A DNA stretch of 62,450 nt, the filler included, from Sluysia triapertura (Eukaryota): the NCBI GenBank assembly GCA_046118255.1. It is 4 parts of 4 records of this genome, joined end to end, with 100 filler letters (N's around TTAATTAATTAA, not from the genome) between each part and the next. Parts side by side here need not be neighbours in the genome. Positions count along the whole stretch, not along the records: positions 51,463 to 62,450 come from JBJNIA010190530.1; 3 more parts are not named here. The stretch is one strand, 5' to 3'. Of this stretch, positions 55,271-62,450 are shown piece by piece (within the stretch, counting starts at the first letter, position 1; each line of letters opens with the position of its first letter). Under the pieces are notes generated by a model that was given only the letters and a program-made list of their open reading frames with translations, did not search any database and was not told the origin of the DNA. A program made the translations under genes and the position numbers.

Positions 55271-56554
55271 GAAGTCAATTTGATATTTGATCTATTTAAC
55301 TCAATTTGGACAATTGCATGACCTTATTATTTGTAGTTGAACTTAACCAGGTAATATTTATTTTAAGTTCGTGCAATTTATAATTGTATACTTATAAATA
55401 AAAATGATTAATTTTATTCGTGTTTTACTCTATTTCGTTGCATTGTTTAATTTATTTGAATAAGAAACTAATTGTAGTTTTCTTTTTTTAATTTTTAGTT
55501 AGAAAGGGATTGGAAATATAAATTAAGATTTCATAAAGCAAGTTAAACAAATCTAACAAACTAAAATCTTTTCGAGAATTTAAACAAACCGTGAAGAATT
55601 GAAGATTTTATTAAGCACTTCCATTTCAGATCATCGAAACGAGTATACGAATTCACACTTCTAGATAGGGCGAATTTAAAGCACAAATAATGCTTGTAGA
55701 GTAAGACGATAAAAAGTTTATACATTCATTAGAATATAAGGTGAAAGTATCATTAGAAAAGTTAAGTTGTAATAATAGGCAAAGACTAAGAGTTCGTATT
55801 AGTAAAAGTTAAGAGTTTATTACAAAGCCATTCAAAAAGACGAAAAATGAAAAATACTAACATTTGTAATATTTACACTAAGGATTATATCTTCAGTTAA
55901 ATACAAAGAAAGAGTATAGAATATTATTAGAAAAGCTTAGAATATTATTAAAGGGCTAAGAATTTATAAGGAAATTTAGATTATTAACAGAAGCTAAGAA
56001 TTCAGCGCAAATTTATAAAATATAATTAGCATCCGGACAATTCTATAAAGAATTGTCTAATTTTTTAATTTTGTAAAAGTAACATTTTTATAAAATTAAA
56101 TTTTTATATTTATAAAATTAAATATAAAATTAAATTTCCATGTAATTTTTATTATTTAAAAAAATTAATGATGAAATAATTACTTTTCTTTAAATATTTT
56201 TATTTTATTGGAATTATGATTTTAAATTTAAGTTATTTTTAATTTAGTTTAGTTTAAAATATTACGTAACCTTGAAAAAATTGTTAAATAATAAAATGGA
56301 GTGAATTAAGTAATAAACCATGAGAGATAATGTCAAGCCAAAACAGTTAACTGCATCTGTAAAATCACTTTCAACAAAAAAAGTAAATACCAATTGAAAC
56401 GATGTTAAACGATATCCGAATTCAAAGTCAAAATGATTCAATAAACTGCAGTGTAAAATAATAACCAGAGAAATCATTATTCTTTATATGTTATTGGAAT
56501 TATTTTAAATTTATTAAATATATTGTTAATGTAATCTTGTATAATTTAATAACT

Positions 56555-56602
<48 letters not shown>

Positions 56603-57760
56603 TAACATAATATTTATTAAATTCAAAAGTAATGAAAATTCCATTTAAAATAAAAATCGTTTTAAAGTACAATTAAAATCATTTTCATTAAGATTATAAT
56701 GCTTTTCATCAATTTAAAATGAGATTTAATAGAGTTAATATAAATTCAAAATTTAATAAATAATCATTTTAAAATTTTAAGAACATAAAGATTATTCTAA
56801 TATGAGAATTAAAATTATATTAAATTGATTTTGAGTAAAACTAGTATACAATTAAAAATTAATAACATTATTCTCGATCACAATTAACTAAAATTAAAGA
56901 CTGAGAGAATTTTCAAATTAACACACCGAATACCAAACGTCATTTTATCACTGCATGAAATAACTGAGAGTCGACACTATTTGATTAACATTTTGATTAT
57001 TTCATAGAAAACATGGTACATTTTTATATTAATAAATATTATCCAATAGATAAGATAGGTTTCCATTTTCTCGATTTCCATGCTTGCTTTTATATTTACT
57101 TAAAAGTTCAATAATATATAAAGAAAAAACTTAAATAAGCCATTATGTAGTTTCGATGTCTTTTAACCATTTTAATGTTCCAGTAAATAAAACCTTATTA
57201 AAAATAGACTTTATCTTGAACAAATAGTATATTACACAATACAAATAGTCTTGAGATTTCGAGTAACTATATACGTTTCACGTGTACGCTCTTTCAAATT
57301 GTCCATTCAAACATAATGTTTACATATAATGGTTTCTTTTCCAAAACTATGTGTATTGGAAAATTTGCAATTGCTATTTTGATAGTCCGATGGCACACCA
57401 TGAAAACAGTAGTTAATTGTGGTAGAATCGATATTATTATTATTGTCCTGGATCAATATTAGAGCAAGTGGCTTCTATTGTTATTTCTCTTAAAGTAGTT
57501 TCTTCCTGTGATGTATGATCAACTATTTCACCAGCATAAACTTATTTGGGTTGAATCTTGGATTAACATCTCCACTGAAATGCACATGGCGCTGCGAATG
57601 CAGGTGTACATGTGATATGGAGATTTGAATTTTTGGAAACCAAATTTTTATAAAATTCCATTCATGCTCAGGCTTTCGATCTCGGGGTTCTGTGATCTCG
57701 AACACTAATCTGTTGGCTGTATTTTAATAAAGCAACTCAAAATTAAACTAATTTGTTTAG

Positions 57761-57983
57761 GTTACTATCCTACCTCGCGGAAATACTGGAGGTCATGTGA
57801 GCTTTTTGGATAAAATTGAATATCAATCAACTACAAAAAGCGAATATTTGAGCTACATAGACATAGCTTTAGGTGGACGTGCAGCTGAAACTATAGCATA
57901 TGGAAATGAAAATATATCAACTGGTGTTTCTTCTGATATGGAGGTATATTTTCTTGTTATTAAATAAATATTTAATGTACTTA

Positions 57984-58060
<77 letters not shown>

Positions 58061-59452
58061 GTCCATATGAGTGCTAATGTCAATAGATTCAAATACTGAA
58101 ATAACTTAATTTTTAATGCTAACGCTTTTCAATATTATTAAGTAGTTATTTTATTACTACATATCTTTAGTCCTGTAAAATACCTCGACTGTCTTCTAAG
58201 ATAGTGATTTTAACTTTAGATTTTATAATTTATTTAATATCAAGTTATTCATGGCCATATTTTTAACATATTTTTAACCAAGCCATATCATAAGAATTAC
58301 AAGTTCGTTTCCAATGTATCTCTTCTCTCTAAATATGAAAAATTTAATGTTTTAATTTTGAAAATTAATCAAAATTCGATTGCTCAATATTAAGATTTTC
58401 TTTGCAAGTCATAATCTATCGAAAGGACTATTTAAAACTAATTCATACGGAGTCAGGATTTTAACAGCATTTAAGAACTTATTTTACTTATTTGGCACCT
58501 AAAGATACTCAGAAGGTTCTAGGTGTTCTCGGTTTCACTTCTCTGACGATTGTTAGAAGTAATTTAAGTAAAAACTGATCGAGTAGAGTAAAAGAAATAA
58601 AAGCCGTACTGTCAAAGTTATTGTCGGTTTAATTCTCAAAAAACGTGATCATTTGTGTGAGAGAATCTTTAATTGTAAAACTCAGAAATTATTGGATGAT
58701 GAGAAAAGTATAAAAAGGAATACTTAGAAATTTTAAGTCAGAAAAAATTAATTCGTAGAATAATTAATTTAATTTGTTTACTATTATTTTATATTTTATT
58801 TATAGATTTTAAGAATTATCTTTGAAAATAAGAATTGAATTTTTGTGTCTGTATAACTTTTTTTGTTAATTATTATCTGTCTAATTTTTTTGAATTTCTG
58901 GTAGCCAATAGTTCTTTTGGTTACTTACTATATATTATGATTTTAATAATTATCATTGTTAGAATAAAAACTGATTGTAATTTGATTTTGATTTTGTGAA
59001 TATTAAATTCATCAAAATTTCAGACTAAATTAACCTTTATTGTAATTGTTATTAATATAAATTAGAGGACGCAACAATATAAGCATATAAATAATATTAA
59101 TAATCTTAATAATTATGTACACATTCGAATTCAGCGTGCTACGTCACTAGCAAAATTCTTGGTTCAATCTACAGGATTTTCTGATTCGCCAGATATTGGT
59201 TTACGATCTGTTGAGACGATCACTTGTTCTGGATGCAAGAGAAATTTGATATCCCAAAAACTAATGGCCAGTATTGATTCTACAGTAAATAAGATACTAA
59301 ATGAATCGTTCGAACGTGCTATTGACTGCTTAAAAAAACATGAAAACGAATGGAAAAATTTAGTTAATAACTTATTGTTTTATGAGACGTTAACAGCAGC
59401 AGATGTAAGTGATATTATGAATGGAAAATTATCGAAGAAAAATAATAAATAA
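57761..59452 (+). CDS. YME1L1: YME1L/FtsH-family AAA protease, last two exons (57761-57943, 59135-59452), peptidase M41 C-terminus; 5' partial
   Basis: ag|VTILPRGNTGGHVSFL...IDIALGGRAAETIAYGNENISTGVSSDME|gt...ag|RATSLAKFLVQSTGFSD...LLFYETLTAADV. Phase-0 GT-AG junctions; the GH V and GFSD-type segments favour YME1 over paraplegin/AFG3. Confidence 0.85.
57989..58060. repeat. (AAT)n(ATT)n inverted microsatellite in the YME1L intron
   Basis: About 11 AAT units directly followed by about 13 ATT units. Confidence 0.9.
58330..59090. mobile_element. Two repeat A fragments in opposite orientations within the YME1L intron
   Basis: 58330-58540 is colinear with the 44.9-45.2 kb block; 58550-59090 is the reverse complement of the 4.0-4.9 kb block. 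Confidence 0.55.
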
Positions 59453-60240
59453 ATCATTATTTTTTTATAAATTTGTATTTATTTTATTAATATATGGTTT
59501 CATTTCACTATAATTATTTTAATGTCATTTTATAAAAATTCTAGTTATATATCCGACAAAAGTAACTTATAAAAACGGGTGTTAAATAATGAAATGTCAA
59601 TAAATAATGAACTAAAGATTAAGTAAGGTTCCCAGTGGAAAAATCGATAAATTCATGCATTATCCAAGGTAAAGTAATAAAACTTGAAGAGCCAAAACTT
59701 TTAAATATGAATTATCACTTAATTATTCCAACTATCTGTTATGTGCCGAACGTGAGTAAAGTTCTAGTTTTTTTTAAAAATACATAATTGCTGGTATTAA
59801 CTAGAAGAAAAGATAAAATGTGTACATAAAATTTTTTATATTTGTGGTCAGAATTTAAAAAATCAAAGTCATTTATTTAAGAATAACTTTAAAATGTGAA
59901 AAATGCTTGTGGAGGCCAACTTATTACCTTAACAAATTTTATTAAAAATTCTATTTTAAATACAACATATATTTTCATAAATCCATTAAAAACATTTTTT
60001 ACACAATCCTACGTTAATGTAACATTCATCCCAAAATCTACAACTCACATTTTTAAATTTAATACAAAAATAACTAAAATCATTCTTTTCAACACTACAC
60101 AACTTTGTAAAATTCGTCACAATCGTTTTTACATCTTATTTCTTTTCAGATCCACCAAAATCAACTTCCATTTTTTAAAAAACATTTCAAATTTACAACC
60201 TTAAAACATACAAACCACAATGATATTCAAAACTATAAAA

Positions 60241-60768
60241 TTACATAACAACTTCCTTAAATGGTTTATTATCTATTAAGCTTACAAATACTTGTAACTC
60301 AGGTCGTAATCCATTTTTAAGTTTATCTATTAAGGTTGCTTCTCTTTTATCATTTGGTATTTTAGGCCTTACTACTAAACATTTTAACGCGCAAGCAAAT
60401 TCATAGACCGTTTCATCTTCCTTTTGTCTTCTAGTATTCAGCATCCTAAGATGATACTTACCTATGTCATCCAAAGCAATTTCCTCTGTGAATGCATTTA
60501 AAAATGTAACCCAATCTTGTTTCTTTTCTGGTTCAAGCTCCTTATATGTCTGAATAGCGACACCTGTTAAGTAATTTTGAATCCTTTTAATCTTATCTAT
60601 TTCAGACCAGCCGTTGACTTCTGCAACGCTGTCATATTCGTAAAGAAAGTCACATAATTCTTCTTCATTTCCATTAAATTTCCTCATTTCGGGAAGAACA
60701 ACAGCAGGTTTCATGTTTACTGATAAGTTTCTAATACAATTCCTTAAATCTTCAACAGTTCGTTCCAT
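60241..60768 (-). mobile_element. gag: Ty3/gypsy-type gag (capsid domain), 3'-truncated
   Basis: KFNGNEEELCDFLYEYDSVAEVNGWSEIDKIKRIQNYLTGVA...W..F...F...LNTRRQKEDETVYEFACALKCL...LKNGLRPEL. Contains the Retrotrans_gag pattern with an MHR-like Q..E....F..L; PBS upstream. Confidence 0.88.
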
Positions 60769-60950
60769 ATTTAATTTACTTTGTTTAGTTTTTCTTACCT
60801 TAATATTCTCTAATGAATTAACTCTGCATAATCCGCTTCTGTTTTCTTTATTATTTAAATCTATCCTTACAGAACTACAAAAAATACAGCAATAAGATGC
60901 TTAACTTAAATAGCTTAGTCACTTAAACTTAAATGTCATAAATCAAGTTG

Positions 60951-60968
60951 GTCCCAATTCGGGCGCCA
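60951..60968 (-). other. Primer-binding site complementary to a tRNA-Lys 3' end
   Basis: TGGCGCCCGAATTGGGAC, 16/18 identical to the canonical Lys3 PBS TGGCGCCCGAACAGGGAC, 183 nt upstream of the gag ATG. Confidence 0.85.
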
Positions 60969-62089
60969 AATAATTGTTCTGATTTTACCTTAAAAAACCT
61001 AAGAACTATAGTTTTACTGTTACTGGGTCTGCCTATAATCCAAGTTTTATATCCAACGGAAGACTTAGTCATAGGTATGTCAAAGTCTGCAAAAAGTAAT
61101 CCTTAACTTCTCTTTTATACGAAGTAAATTAAATTTAACACGAGATTAGTCTTAAACTTTGATTCTCAATTCTTTGTCTCTTTGACCTGTTCCTCGAAAT
61201 CAAAACTGAAAAACACAGTACTTAATATACTCTATGAAAGTTTATTATTTTTATGACAAAAAATATTATTCACAAAAATGGTATACAACAACTAAATTGG
61301 AATTCAAAAACAATTTATAATAAGTAATAACAAGTTATATAAATTTTTTAGGATATCTCCTAAATAACAAAAATGATAGTTTAGAATTGATTTTAACTCA
61401 GGTATAATACTTGAGTATAAAGTTTATATGATTTTAGGTATGATATTAACACAAATATTAATGTGAATAACCTAATATAAATAGCTTACTATTTATTATA
61501 CAATTGTAATGAGAAAATGAATCCAATATTCTTCTTTTTGAACCAGTAATTGAATTGTTTCCCAACAAACTACAATCGAATTATTCAATGTGATAATACC
61601 CAATGTTTCCAAAAGAACCAACAATCAATTTACCCAATATAGTAAGACTCGATGTTTCCAAAAGTTAACCAACAATCAAATTATCCACAAATATATCAAT
61701 TTTCCTCGTGAAGATTTTAAAAGTAAATTATGCTTTAAAAATTGTGTGGTATAGTTTAATTGTTCAGCTATTTATACTAGGCTATTTTGCAGATAAAAAT
61801 TAATTTAATTAATTTTTGAACTTTTTAAATTTTTAATTGCAGATAATAAATCTTTATATTTTCAATTATTCAAAAGTTTTGAAGTTTATTTTTTAATCAA
61901 ATCTAATGATAATTTGCATAAAATTAAAGTACATTATTTATCTACAGTTTTTACTAATACATTTTTAGATAAAGCATTTTTTACCAACTAAATACATTTT
62001 TAGATAAAACTTTAATTAACAATAATATTTTTTAGATTAATTAATTAATTTACATTTAAAGTTTTATATTATATTATCTACATTATAAA

Positions 62090-62219
62090 TGTTTTCTCTT
62101 TCATAATTCTTATTTCAACAATGTTTATAATACTTCATCTATCACTTCTCATAGAATTCATTTTGTAATTTTATATGCCTTTTACTCGTCTCCTAATCCA
62201 AAGTTTGACAATCCCAACA
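62090..62219 (-). mobile_element. Repeat family A terminal fragment
   Basis: TTCTTATTTCAACAATGTTTA...CAATCCCAACA matches 45530-45647. Confidence 0.7.
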
Positions 62220-62297
62220 AAATCACTTAAACATATTAAAATGCATCCAGTAAGATATGCTATACACAAAACAATGTAAGATTTATCAATTTTTCGA

Positions 62298-62368
62298 AAT
62301 AATAATAATAATAATATATTAATTTATATTGCGCTCACATCTACCGCGAAAGTACTCAAAGCGCTTAA
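62298..62368 (-). mobile_element. L2-clade LINE/SINE 3' tail
   Basis: Minus strand reads TAAGCGCTTTGAG...GAGCGCAATATAAAT...(TAT)n, the typical L2 3' stem-loop plus trinucleotide tail. Confidence 0.65.
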
Positions 62369-62450
62369 GGTACATCATTCACCATAATATTTCTGAAACA
62401 GAAAGAACTTTGCTTTTTTCTTAAATATTTCATAATCTTCTAGCAATTTG

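Overview
Very AT-rich eukaryotic (animal) scaffold made of four contigs joined by artificial 100-nt N/TTAATTAATTAA linkers. Cadherin, otopetrin-like and Max-like sequence points to a metazoan. The 32- and 38-nt introns suggest a compact, possibly parasitic genome such as an orthonectid (inference only). Apparently intact host genes are a single-ORF, divergent otopetrin-like membrane protein, a 3-exon exosome subunit RRP41/EXOSC4, and the last two exons of a YME1L/FtsH-type AAA protease. There is also one orphan leishmanolysin-like exon. Most of the rest is mobile DNA and decayed genes: (i) two remnants of a chuvirus-like envelope glycoprotein, N-terminal half at ~41.2-41.8 kb (-) and C-terminal half at ~0.7-1.45 kb (+); (ii) two Ty3/gypsy-type gag elements with a tRNA-Lys-type PBS, one carrying a long charged second ORF with no recognisable pol; (iii) two 3' fragments of an RLE-type (NeSL/Utopia/R2-like) non-LTR element; (iv) a large dispersed repeat with a TGTTGGGATT terminus; (v) a piggyBac-like MITE and an L2-type tail; (vi) pseudogenes of cadherin, RING-H2, Rab6 and an unusual Max-like bHLH-Zip plus CCCH zinc-finger protein. 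The best candidates for something new are the env-bearing or pol-less retroelements and the bHLHZ-CCCH architecture. All family calls come from manual translation and motif recognition; no searches were run.
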